The position numbers were made by a program, and so were the translations under genes. The notes under the pieces were generated by a model that made no database searches, was not told where the DNA came from, and saw only the letters and a program-made list of their open reading frames with translations. DNA of 64,000 bases from Acidobacteriota bacterium (lineage in GTDB: Bacteria; Acidobacteriota; UBA6911; RPQK01; JAJDTT01). Shown here in pieces: positions 9,506-17,908 of this stretch; positions within the stretch are counted from its first letter, which is position 1, and every line of letters starts with the position of its first letter. The stretch is taken from positions 3,318,686 to 3,382,685 of the forward strand of contig CBDCJH010000002.1 in NCBI GenBank assembly GCA_965217775.1. Direction: 5' to 3'.

Positions 9506-10588
9506 TCACTCAGGTAAACACCTCTCGAAAAAGCGCTGCCAGTTGGCGTACATCACGTTGGCGATGTCCTCGGGTTTCCAGTTGCGCCTTACCAGAGTCT
9601 CGGCGATCTTCGGGTAATCGGCTACGGTGTCGATCCCGCCGGGCGCCCCGGCCAGACCTCCCTGCCCGTCAGTGTCGCCGCCGATAGCGGCGTGGAGGGT
9701 GCTGCCGGCCAATTCGCAGATGTGCTCGATGTGATCGGCGGCGTCCTCCAGCGTCACCTCCTCCCTTGCGAAGGGGCGAGCGCGGCCCATTCCGGGTGTG
9801 GCCCAATCCAGCCTCTGGGTGCGGTGGAGCATCCAGGTGTCCAGCGAGACCCCGATCACTCCTCCCCGCTCGATGACCGCTCGTAGCTGCCGGTCCGAAA
9901 ACTGCCGTTCCCCCGGGACCAGAGCGCGGCAATTCTGGTGGCTGGCCAGGACCGGCCCCTGGAACAGTTCCAGGGACTGCCAGAATCCCTCGTCGGAGAT
10001 GTGGGTCAGGTCCAGGATCATTCCGGTCCGCTCCATTTCCGCCAGCAACGGCCGCGCCGGTGGAAACAACCCTCCGGGACAGCCCGTCCCGTGCGCGTAA
10101 CTGCTGGGGCCGTAGTGGGTCAGGCTCACGACTCGGAGTCCCCAGTCCCACCACAGGGACAACTGCTCGGGCCAGAGAATGGGATCGGCCCCCTCCATCC
10201 CCAGGACCACGCCCACGGCTCGTCCGGCCGTTTCGGCCGCATCTGTCCATTCCTCCATGTGGCGGCTGAATTCGGACCGGGTCTCGAGAATCCGGATTTC
10301 TCCACGGGCCGCCAGGACCTGATAGAAGGCGAGGTGACCGCGGGCGGCGGCATGGGCCAAGTCCCCACTACGGTAGCCCCGGAGGGGACTGCCTTCTCTT
10401 TCGATCCGAGCTACCACCTTGACCAGCGCGCCCGCAATCCCACCCCGTCTCATCTCGGGCAGGGTGGCCAGGACCAGATTGCCCGAGTCCGGGTCGGCCC
10501 GGCGCACCGCCTCGACGGGCAGGGTCAGATCCCGGTTCAACTCCAGGGCACTGTAAGCCATCGGGTAGTCGCCATCGAAAATGAGCAT
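9506..10588 (-). CDS. membrane dipeptidase (peptidase M19)-like protein
   Basis: Family blocks VVSLTHYGPSSYAHG, ILDLTHISDEGFWQSLELFQGPVLASHQNCRAL and GGVIGVS. The usual N-terminal DGHND zinc motif reads FDGDYP, so it may be a divergent member. Confidence 0.7.
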   Translation of the reverse strand: MLIFDGDYPMAYSALELNRDLTLPVEAVRRADPDSGNLVLATLPEMRRGGIAGALVKVVARIEREGSPLRGYRSGDLAHAAARGHLAFYQVLAARGEIRILETRSEFSRHMEEWTDAAETAGRAVGVVLGMEGADPILWPEQLSLWWDWGLRVVSLTHYGPSSYAHGTGCPGGLFPPARPLLAEMERTGMILDLTHISDEGFWQSLELFQGPVLASHQNCRALVPGERQFSDRQLRAVIERGGVIGVSLDTWMLHRTQRLDWATPGMGRARPFAREEVTLEDAADHIEHICELAGSTLHAAIGGDTDGQGGLAGAPGGIDTVADYPKIAETLVRRNWKPEDIANVMYANWQRFFERCLPE

Positions 10589-10593
10589 CCCCT

Positions 10594-10761
10594 TCAGCCT
10601 CCCTTCCCTGGGATCCTGGCTATCCTCAGGGCCGTCGTCTGTCCGGCATCGATCGACTGGTCCTTGTCCAAAACCACTCCGTAGACCTTCCGTGCCGTCG
10701 CCGCCGAGGAGATCCCTTCCCCGAAAACCTCACGGACGCCTTCTCGGGAAAGATCACCAGG
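10594..10761 (-). pseudogene. hydantoinase B/oxoprolinase-family C-terminal fragment
   Basis: ..PGDLSREGVREVFGEGISSAATARKVYGVVLDKDQSIDAGQTTALR.. resembles the extreme C-terminus of the HyuB/oxoprolinase family. Only about 55 codons remain. The stop lies 5 bp before the dipeptidase ATG. Confidence 0.45.
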
Positions 10762-10792
10762 AACGCTCCCATGGCTGCGTCGAGGACCGCCC

Positions 10793-10832
10793 GGAAGAAA
10801 CACGGAAGAAACAGACTGTCCCCTTTTCGGTC
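10793..10832 (+). promoter_or_regulatory. copy (b) of conserved intergenic motif
   Basis: GGAAGAAACACGGAAGAAACAGACTGTCCCCTTTTCGGTC. It is upstream of the dipeptidase (minus strand) and of the sulfatase at 11249 (plus strand). Confidence 0.5.
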
Positions 10833-10935
10833 TCTCTCCAGGTTCGGCGATGATCTCTTGACTTTCAAGCAAACCACGCAGAACCGATGTCGGTTCAAGG
10901 TTCCAGAAACCACAGATCTTTGGGGACGAACGCCG

Positions 10936-11066
10936 ATGATGCTCCGGACGATTGTCCCTCTGCCGGCGCTCCTCGCCGTTATGCCTGCTGTCCCTGGGCA
11001 GGCAAGCCGATCCGTCTCCGGTTCGTCATGAAGGACGCCGACCTCTACCCTCTCCGGTTGCGGTAG
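10936..11066 (+). pseudogene. chimeric scar: sulfatase signal-peptide fragment joined out of frame to the last 21 codons of a type A propeller gene
   Basis: 10936-10998 encodes MMLRTIVPLPALLAVMPAVPGQ, close to the N-terminus of the sulfatase at 27952 (MMLRTIVPLLALLAVMPAVAQ). 11001-11066 encodes GKPIRLRFVMKDADLYPLRLR*, close to 4418-4483. The two parts are offset by 65 nt, which is not a multiple of 3. Confidence 0.7.
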
Positions 11067-11248
11067 GACCTGGCATCCACTTCCCATCCGAGGGAGCGCA
11101 ACGGCACCCGGGAGACGGGAGCATCCGGACAAAGTCGAGAGAAACGACACCGGGCACGCAATGACCAAGATGGCGGAAATGACTCGTCTCCTGACCCCGT
11201 TCGCTGTTTGACTTGACAGGATCGTCGAGGATCTGCCAGTTCTCCTGC

Positions 11249-12598
11249 GTGCCTACCCGGCTCCTGACCCTCCTCGTCATCATGACCGCCGCGTCGGTCG
11301 TTGCCTGCACGGTGGAGACCGGCTCCCGGCGGGACCGCCCCAACATCGTCCTGATCCTGGCGGACGATCTGGGCTACGAAACCCTGGGCGCCTACGGAGG
11401 GCGCTCCTACTCGACGCCGATGCTGGACCGCCTGGCCCGTCAGGGGATTCGTTTCGACCACGCCTATTCCCAGCCGCTCTGCACGAACACCCGCGTGCAG
11501 TTGATGACGGGCCGCTACCAGCACCGCTACTGGCAGGGCTTCGGAATCCTGCCGAAAGGGGAGAGGACCTTCAGCCATCTCATGCAGGAGGCGGGCTACC
11601 GGACGCTGATCTCCGGGAAATGGCAGCTGCACAGCTATGATCCCGCGGACTATCCCGGTGCGGCGGAGAGACGGGGAACGGGTATGCGGGGCGCCGAGTC
11701 GGGATTTGACGAGTATCTGCTCTGGCACGCCTGGCATACCGAGGACAAGGGATCACGGTATGCGGATCCCACCTATGACCTCAATGGAAAGCTGGTTCGG
11801 GCGCAGACGGGGGCTTACGGGCCGGATCTCTTCGTGGACTACATCAACGATTTCGCAGAGCGGAACCGCGACCTTCCGTTCTTTGTCTACTACCCCATGG
11901 CGCTCCCGCACGGCCCCTTCGTACCCACTCCGGACAGCCCCCAATGGCAGCAGGAATCCCGGCGCCACGAATCGGACCCGGCCTACTTTGCCGACATGGT
12001 CGCCTACATGGACAAGCTGGTCGGAAGGATCGTGGCCCACCTGGACCGGCTGGGTCTGCGCCGACAGACTCTGGTCCTGTTCTATGCCGACAACGGCACC
12101 CACAGGATGATTTCTTCGCAGCTTGGAAACCGGACGATCCAGGGCGGAAAGGGAAAGACGACCGATGCCGGAACTCGAGTGCCGATGATCGCCAGTTGGC
12201 CCGGCACGGTTCCGGCCGGCGTGGTCTCACAGGATCTCATCGACTCGGTCGATATCTACCCGACGCTGGCGGAGCTGGCGGGCATCCGGCTCCCAGGCCA
12301 GTCCCTGGTCGACGGCGTCAGTTTTGCGGATCGGCTATGGGGACGGGACGGGGATCGCCGCGACTGGATCTTCATGCACTTCGAACCGAGGCCGGGATGG
12401 GACAAGGACAAGTACGCGCAACTCACGTTCGTCCGCGATCGGAAATACAAGCTGTACGGCAACGGAGAGCTCTACGACATCGAATCCGACGGCCTGGAAG
12501 CCAGCCCCATCCAGGTGTCCCAACGCACCGAGGAGCAACGGCGGATCTCCGAGAGGTTTCGGACCATCCTGGAAAGGCTTGAGGGCCGGAAGAAATGA
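11249..12598 (+). CDS. S1 sulfatase (lipoprotein), copy 2 of duplicated pair, C-T-N-T-R motif
   Basis: Collinear with 4759-6108 and nearly identical over long stretches (NIVLILADDLGYE, PLCTNTRVQLMTGRYQHRYWQ, GKGKTTDAGTRVPMI). Lipobox ..SVVAC. Confidence 0.9.
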   Translation: MPTRLLTLLVIMTAASVVACTVETGSRRDRPNIVLILADDLGYETLGAYGGRSYSTPMLDRLARQGIRFDHAYSQPLCTNTRVQLMTGRYQHRYWQGFGILPKGERTFSHLMQEAGYRTLISGKWQLHSYDPADYPGAAERRGTGMRGAESGFDEYLLWHAWHTEDKGSRYADPTYDLNGKLVRAQTGAYGPDLFVDYINDFAERNRDLPFFVYYPMALPHGPFVPTPDSPQWQQESRRHESDPAYFADMVAYMDKLVGRIVAHLDRLGLRRQTLVLFYADNGTHRMISSQLGNRTIQGGKGKTTDAGTRVPMIASWPGTVPAGVVSQDLIDSVDIYPTLAELAGIRLPGQSLVDGVSFADRLWGRDGDRRDWIFMHFEPRPGWDKDKYAQLTFVRDRKYKLYGNGELYDIESDGLEASPIQVSQRTEEQRRISERFRTILERLEGRKK

Positions 12599-12668
12599 CC
12601 GCGGGACGCCGATCTGGCTGCGCCTGCGGCCTCGATCCATCGGCATTACCCAGCTTCTCCAATACTAT

Positions 12669-12826
12669 CAGTCCGTGGTGAAAGTCCCGCGAGCACCGAG
12701 ACCGTTCCTGCGCCCGCCGGACAAGGCGCGATTCGGGTGCATACCGGGAGTATGTGCCCGAATCGCAACGCAGTCCGCCGGGATGCAGGGACGGTCGAAT
12801 GCCGTGGCGACTTTTGCCACGGGCTG
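12669..12826 (+). repeat. MITE-like repeat, family A, copy A3
   Basis: 158 bp. Terminal inverted repeats CAGTCCGTGGTGAAAGTC / GACTTTTGCCACGGGCTG. Flanked by the 4-bp direct repeat CTAT. Confidence 0.8.
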
Positions 12827-13386
12827 CTATGGGCCTCTCCGCCACCCCGGCGGCCCAGGCTGGCCCTCGCGGGTTCCCGGTTGACGCGTGCCACGCCACC
12901 GGCGGGGCTTCCCGTGTTGCTACCCTCTCCCTCTTGTCCACATGCCACCGCCACTACCCCGGCGGAACCGGCCGGTGCTTACGTCGCTCGCTTCCCGGCC
13001 GCTGCCAGCCTTCGTGCGTATCTCAGGCGGGTCGGCTTCCGCATTGCCCGTTTCGAGGCCTGCGCAGCGTTCGCTCAAGCTACGGCCTGCGGACTCGCTG
13101 AGTCGCCCGAGGCGACCCTTTGGCATCGGAGTGCTTCAGTCCAATTCGTTACCTCCTTGAACCGCTCCGACTGCTACCGGCTGGAGCGACAGTTGCCGGG
13201 CGAGTTTCGCACCCGCTAGGAGAAAGCGCCTTTCCATGGCGTACTGAGAAATGCGGGCCAGGGCCGCTGCCCGTCTTCGCCACCCAGGCTTGACTCCCCG
13301 CAGGGTTCCGATGAAGACTTGTCTTCAAACGCGAGCGGTCCTCTTAACCCGGTCCCTGGCTGGCGCGGCGCTGCAGATAAGGCTCG

Positions 13387-14088
13387 ATGAAGCGGCTCTT
13401 GTCATTTTCTGCGATTGCATTCCACATCTTGGCCGCCTCTTGTCCGTCCGTGAGGATGGCAAGGGCGGCAACTCCGTTCGCCACCGATCTGTTTGTCGGC
13501 GGGCAGGGCGGCTACCACGCTTATCGAATCCCGGCGATGATCGTCTCGCCGCAGGGCTCGCTGATCGTCTTCTGCGAGGCTCGCAAGTCGAGCCTGTCGG
13601 ACCACGGGGATATCGACCTGCTCCTGCGGCGTAGCGAAGACGGCGGCAGGACTTGGCTGGCGCCGCGGCTGGTGATCGAGGAAGGCGGAGACGCCCCGAT
13701 CAAGTACGGCAATCCCACGGCAGTCGTCGATCGGGAAACGGGCTCCATCTGGTTGGCAGTCAATCGCGATTACCTCGACCCACGTGGCCGGCGTCAGGGA
13801 GGAAGACCCCTTCTCCTTCGCAGCGACGACGACGGAAACAGTTGGTTGAACCCGATAGACATATACGGCGCAGACGAAAAAACCGGTTGGAAGCATTACG
13901 CATTCGGCCCCGGCATCCGCATTCAACTGCAGCACGGCCGGCACCAAGGCCGGCTCATCCTGCCGGCCAACTATCGAGAGTCATTCGACAAACGGCAACC
14001 AAGTCGGTCCCACGTCATCTTCAGCGACGATCACGGCAGATCATTGAATGCCGTTGCGGCATTGGGAGAAAGACCGGACAGGTACTGA
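13387..14088 (+). CDS. GH33 sialidase, C-terminally truncated (probably non-functional)
   Basis: Signal peptide, YRIP motif, and Asp-boxes SEDGGRTW and SDDDGNSW. The third Asp-box is broken (SDDHGRS then unrelated residues and a stop). It has 233 aa versus 384 aa for the intact paralog at 32711-33865. Confidence 0.7.
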   Translation: MKRLLSFSAIAFHILAASCPSVRMARAATPFATDLFVGGQGGYHAYRIPAMIVSPQGSLIVFCEARKSSLSDHGDIDLLLRRSEDGGRTWLAPRLVIEEGGDAPIKYGNPTAVVDRETGSIWLAVNRDYLDPRGRRQGGRPLLLRSDDDGNSWLNPIDIYGADEKTGWKHYAFGPGIRIQLQHGRHQGRLILPANYRESFDKRQPSRSHVIFSDDHGRSLNAVAALGERPDRY

Positions 14089-14103
14089 AGAAAGGAGACG
14101 CCC

Positions 14104-16413
14104 ATGTTCAGACACCTGCAACGAGTGTTGGCGGCGGCGGCCGTGGTGCTGCCTGCGCTAGCCTCGACGCCTCTGGACCGTCCGCCCCGGCAGGATGAGC
14201 AGACGTTCCTGCTGCTGCATCTGGACGAGCCGGACGAAGGAATAGCGGTCGCCGACAAGGTGCTGGTGGATCCCGTCTACGTGCGGATGGAGGCCCGGCA
14301 CCAGCAGGGACGTTTCGGTGGAGCTCTGAAGTTCGTAGGTCGGCCAGGTCTCCGCCAGTGTCTGTTGGTTTCTCTGCCCCAGCCGCAATATCTGACCCGT
14401 CACACCCGCAAGCGTCCACCCATCCGCTTCGCGGATGTCGAAGTGCCGGTGGTCCTCATGGACAACCAGAGGGGCTACACCATCGAGTTCTGGATGCTTC
14501 CCCAGGCCCGGCAGGCGCAGGTCATGCTGGCGGGGGTCAACTCGGCGACCTGGGTCCCCACATCCTCCTGGAAGGTGGAAATCACCGGGCAAGGGCGGTT
14601 GCGTTTCGCCAGCGGAGCCGGCCTCCACCGTTTTTACATGGAGAGCGAGAAGCCAGTCGCCATCGGCCGCTGGACCCACGTGGCCGTGGTCTGCGACAGG
14701 GGCAACGTGGGCATTTATCTCAACGGCCGCCGGTCCGGTCCGTTTCGGCGGATGGAACTGGCAGAGCGCCAGGGGGTGGGCGAGCCCGGAAGCGACGGCT
14801 CCATCCTGTGTGTCGGCGGTCCCGGGCCGGACGCCCAAACCGGCTTCTTCGACGGCCTGATCGATGAGGTCCGCCTTTCCACGGCGCCGCGCCGTTTCGA
14901 GCCCGATCCCGCCATCCTGATCGGCAACGGCAAGGAGCTGTTCCTGGATGATTTTCTGCTGGCTCGAATGGAGGGGATCGAACGGGTCGTGAACCAACCT
15001 GAGCGCTACCCGGGCAACCCGCTGCTGACGGCCAAGGGCGACTGGGAAGCCGGCTCCATGCAACAGTTCGGAACCCTCTATGATCCCCGGCTGCAATTGT
15101 TCCGAACCTGGTACCGGGCCAACAACAGCGAGGACAACCAGATGAGCATGTGCTACGCCGTGAGCCGCGACGGCCTTCGGTGGGAGCAGCCGGTGCTGGG
15201 TCTGGCGGAATATCGAGGCTCGACGCGGAACAACATCGTCACGCCGAAGCGGTCCTTCTTCGTGTTCCTGGACCCTCTGGCCCGGCCAGGCGAGGGGAAC
15301 ATCTGCGCCAGCGCGAAGATGCTTTACGGGTCCGACCGGGGGACCTTCAAGCAGATCCTCCTGCGCTCCCCCGACGGACTCCACTGGCCCTGGGGGCCGG
15401 TGCGGAACATGAGCGGCTACCAGGGTTGGCCCTACAGCCGCATCCGCCGCCAGGAAGCCGTCATGGCCACCGACCGGCCGCTCATGCAGAATCCAGTCTA
15501 CTTCGCCCGCCTCGACAAGATGACGGTGATCGCCAACGAGGGCGAGGGGTTGAAGGACCGGGTCTATGCCCGCATCGGGTGGGACCTGACCCACTGGCAG
15601 GACCCGGTCTTGACGGACCTGAAGCGGAGCGAAAAAAACAATCTGGGCTGGTACGGCATCCGGACCAAGGACGAGTCCAGCGTCCTGGTGGGATTCACCG
15701 ACGCCTACCACAATGAGCAGAATCCGGATCCCCGCTGGAGGAGCCTGGGGCCCGAGGCCTACCAGGACAAGCCCAGCGCCTGGCTCGACATTCAGCTCAT
15801 CAGTTCGCGCGACGGCTACCGTTGGCAGCACGTGGCGGACCAGGATGTGTTCCTGCCGGTGGGTCCGGAGGGCGCCTGGGACGAGGGGATGGTGCTGTAC
15901 GCACAGGCCGTCGAGCCTCCGGGATCGGACCGGATCTACCTCTACTACCAGGGCTCGCCCGTCCGCCACGACATGACCGATGCCGGATGGCTCCAGTGGC
16001 ACGCCCGTTCCCAACGACCCTCAAACAACATGGGCGTCGCGTTTCTGAGGAAGGAGGGCTACGTCAGCCTGGAGGTGAAGCCGGATGCGGCCGAAGGCGT
16101 GGTCGAAACCCGGCCGCTCCGATACCGGGGACGGCACCTCTTCGTCAATGCCGACGCCTCGAAGGGCGCGGTCCAGGTGGAACTCTGCGACGAGACGGGG
16201 AATCCCCTGTCCGGGTTCGGACGGAAGCGGGCCCTGCCGTTGACGACGGACGTGACGAACCATCTCATTCGCTGGGGCCAAGAGAGCGACGTCTCGCGGT
16301 TTGCGGGCCAGGCTGTGGTCCTTCGTTTCCACCTGACACCGGGCGCAAAATTGTACGCGTATCGCTTTGGTGGGCCCGACCCCCACCTGGATCTCGAGCG
16401 CCGGGAGCCGTAG
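14104..16413 (+). CDS. LamG/ConA-like lectin domain fused to type B propeller/sandwich glycoside hydrolase-like module
   Basis: The N-terminal roughly 270 aa (RFGGALKF.., FTIEFWM, WTHVAVVCD, IYLNG, FDGLIDEVRLS) has the LamG-type jelly-roll pattern. The remainder aligns with 38086-39717 and 46621-48165 (ELFLDDFLL, GNPLL, YDP..QLFRTWY, AVSRDGLRWEQP, NNIV, SRDGYRW, VVLRFHL..AKLYAYRF). It is a paralog of 35681-38011. Confidence 0.85.
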   Translation: MFRHLQRVLAAAAVVLPALASTPLDRPPRQDEQTFLLLHLDEPDEGIAVADKVLVDPVYVRMEARHQQGRFGGALKFVGRPGLRQCLLVSLPQPQYLTRHTRKRPPIRFADVEVPVVLMDNQRGYTIEFWMLPQARQAQVMLAGVNSATWVPTSSWKVEITGQGRLRFASGAGLHRFYMESEKPVAIGRWTHVAVVCDRGNVGIYLNGRRSGPFRRMELAERQGVGEPGSDGSILCVGGPGPDAQTGFFDGLIDEVRLSTAPRRFEPDPAILIGNGKELFLDDFLLARMEGIERVVNQPERYPGNPLLTAKGDWEAGSMQQFGTLYDPRLQLFRTWYRANNSEDNQMSMCYAVSRDGLRWEQPVLGLAEYRGSTRNNIVTPKRSFFVFLDPLARPGEGNICASAKMLYGSDRGTFKQILLRSPDGLHWPWGPVRNMSGYQGWPYSRIRRQEAVMATDRPLMQNPVYFARLDKMTVIANEGEGLKDRVYARIGWDLTHWQDPVLTDLKRSEKNNLGWYGIRTKDESSVLVGFTDAYHNEQNPDPRWRSLGPEAYQDKPSAWLDIQLISSRDGYRWQHVADQDVFLPVGPEGAWDEGMVLYAQAVEPPGSDRIYLYYQGSPVRHDMTDAGWLQWHARSQRPSNNMGVAFLRKEGYVSLEVKPDAAEGVVETRPLRYRGRHLFVNADASKGAVQVELCDETGNPLSGFGRKRALPLTTDVTNHLIRWGQESDVSRFAGQAVVLRFHLTPGAKLYAYRFGGPDPHLDLERREP

Positions 16414-16414
16414 C

Positions 16415-17908
16415 ATGTTCAGGGTCCCTGGTAACCGCACCAGTGGACGGCTGTATTCCGCGGCTCTACGCCGGGCACGAACGTTTCCTCTTCTCCTGCT
16501 CTCGGCTTTCCTGGCCGGATTCTCCTCCGGATGCACCCGGCAGCTCGAGCGGCCGAACATCGTTTTGATCCTGGCCGATGACCTGGGCTGGAACCAGTTG
16601 GGCTGCTACGGAAGCAGTTTCTACGAGACTCCCAACCTCGACGGCATGGCTCGAGAGGGGATGCGTCTCACCGACGCCTACGCGGCCAGCCCCGTCTGCT
16701 CCCCGACTCGAGCCAGCATCATGACGGGCAAGTACCCGGCGCGACTCCACGTCACCAAGTTCATCTCGCCGCAGGACTACGTCCCCAACCCGAACGCCAA
16801 GCTGTTGGATCCCGACTGGACACCCTATCTGCGCTTGGAGGAGGAGACGATCGCCGAAGCCTTGAAGAAGCTGGGGTACGTGACGGCCGGCTTCGGAAAA
16901 TGGCACCTCAGCCGCGTCAAGACGCCTCCCGAGAGCCTGCCCTTCAATCCGGACAAGCAAGGTTTCGACCAGCACTTCGTAACCTACAAGCCGGTCCCAT
17001 CCATGGCCAGGAAGTGGCAGACGCCGGAGGACGATGCCCACAACGTGGGAATCATCACCGAGAAGTCCCTGGAGTTCATGGAGAAGAACCGTGAGAGGCC
17101 CTTCTTCCTCTTCGTTTCGCACAACAGCATTCACACCCCCCTGGTGGAGAAGAAGGCTCTGATCTCCAAGTACCGGAGGAAGCCGGACGTCGACTCTCCC
17201 ACCAACCACCCGGTTATCGGAGCCATGATCGAGACCCTGGATCGCAGTGTCGGCCGGCTGCTGGCCAAAATCGACGAGATGAAGCTGACCGAGAGGACCC
17301 TCGTGCTTTTCTATTCCGACAACGGAGGATTGGATTGGACCGCGACCGAGGGGCAGATCGCCGCCAACGATCCGTTGCGGGCCGGAAAGGCCGACCTCTA
17401 CGAAGGGGGAATCCGGGTGCCCTTGATCGTCCGCTGGCCGGGCCGAATCCCCCCCGGCCGCGTCTCCGGGGAACCTGTCAACAGCGTGGATCTCTTTCCC
17501 ACGCTGCTGGAGGCAGCCGGAGGCACCGAGACGGGCAAGGACACCGACGGCGTGAGCCTGCTGCCGCTTCTCACGGGGCCCGTGGTCCCCGGCCGGGACG
17601 CGCTCTTCTGGCACTACCCCCACTACCACAAGTTCGGAGCCTTCCCTTCGAGCGCCATCCGGAAGGGTGAGTACAAACTGATCGAGTGGCACGAGGCCGG
17701 GATCTACGGATCGGACAATCGGTACGAACTCTACGACTTGGTGGACGATCTGGGGGAGTCTCGAAATCTGGCCTCCGTCCTGCCGGAGAAGACCCGGGAA
17801 CTGGCAGCCGACCTGGAGAACTGGCGGCGCTCGGTGGGAGCCCAGATGCCGAAGCGCAACCCCGACTATCGGCCGGAAGGCCAGCCGCGGGCGCGTGACC
17901 GGGAGTAG
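16415..17908 (+). CDS. S1 sulfatase (lipoprotein), canonical CSPTR motif
   Basis: Lipobox FSSGC. Blocks NIVLILADDLGWN, SPVCSPTRASIMTGKYP, GKWHL, SDNGG, GKADLYEGGIRVP, DLFPTLLE. The ATG lies 2 nt after the upstream stop. It is a close paralog of 53555-55000. Confidence 0.92.
   Translation: MFRVPGNRTSGRLYSAALRRARTFPLLLLSAFLAGFSSGCTRQLERPNIVLILADDLGWNQLGCYGSSFYETPNLDGMAREGMRLTDAYAASPVCSPTRASIMTGKYPARLHVTKFISPQDYVPNPNAKLLDPDWTPYLRLEEETIAEALKKLGYVTAGFGKWHLSRVKTPPESLPFNPDKQGFDQHFVTYKPVPSMARKWQTPEDDAHNVGIITEKSLEFMEKNRERPFFLFVSHNSIHTPLVEKKALISKYRRKPDVDSPTNHPVIGAMIETLDRSVGRLLAKIDEMKLTERTLVLFYSDNGGLDWTATEGQIAANDPLRAGKADLYEGGIRVPLIVRWPGRIPPGRVSGEPVNSVDLFPTLLEAAGGTETGKDTDGVSLLPLLTGPVVPGRDALFWHYPHYHKFGAFPSSAIRKGEYKLIEWHEAGIYGSDNRYELYDLVDDLGESRNLASVLPEKTRELAADLENWRRSVGAQMPKRNPDYRPEGQPRARDRE

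Noticed and set aside
10626-11168. 180-aa minus-strand ORF across the 10.6-11.2 kb scar region
   Set aside because: It runs antisense through the motif copy, the chimeric scar and the duplicated spacer, and has no motifs. The region is better explained as rearrangement debris.
14158-16014. 618-aa ORF antisense to the LamG-hydrolase gene, and its counterpart at 36128-37993 antisense to the paralog
   Set aside because: These are shadow ORFs typical of GC-rich DNA. The translations are Gly/Arg/Pro/His/Val-rich without motifs, whereas the sense frames carry clear domain signatures. The two antisense ORFs are similar only because the sense genes are paralogs.
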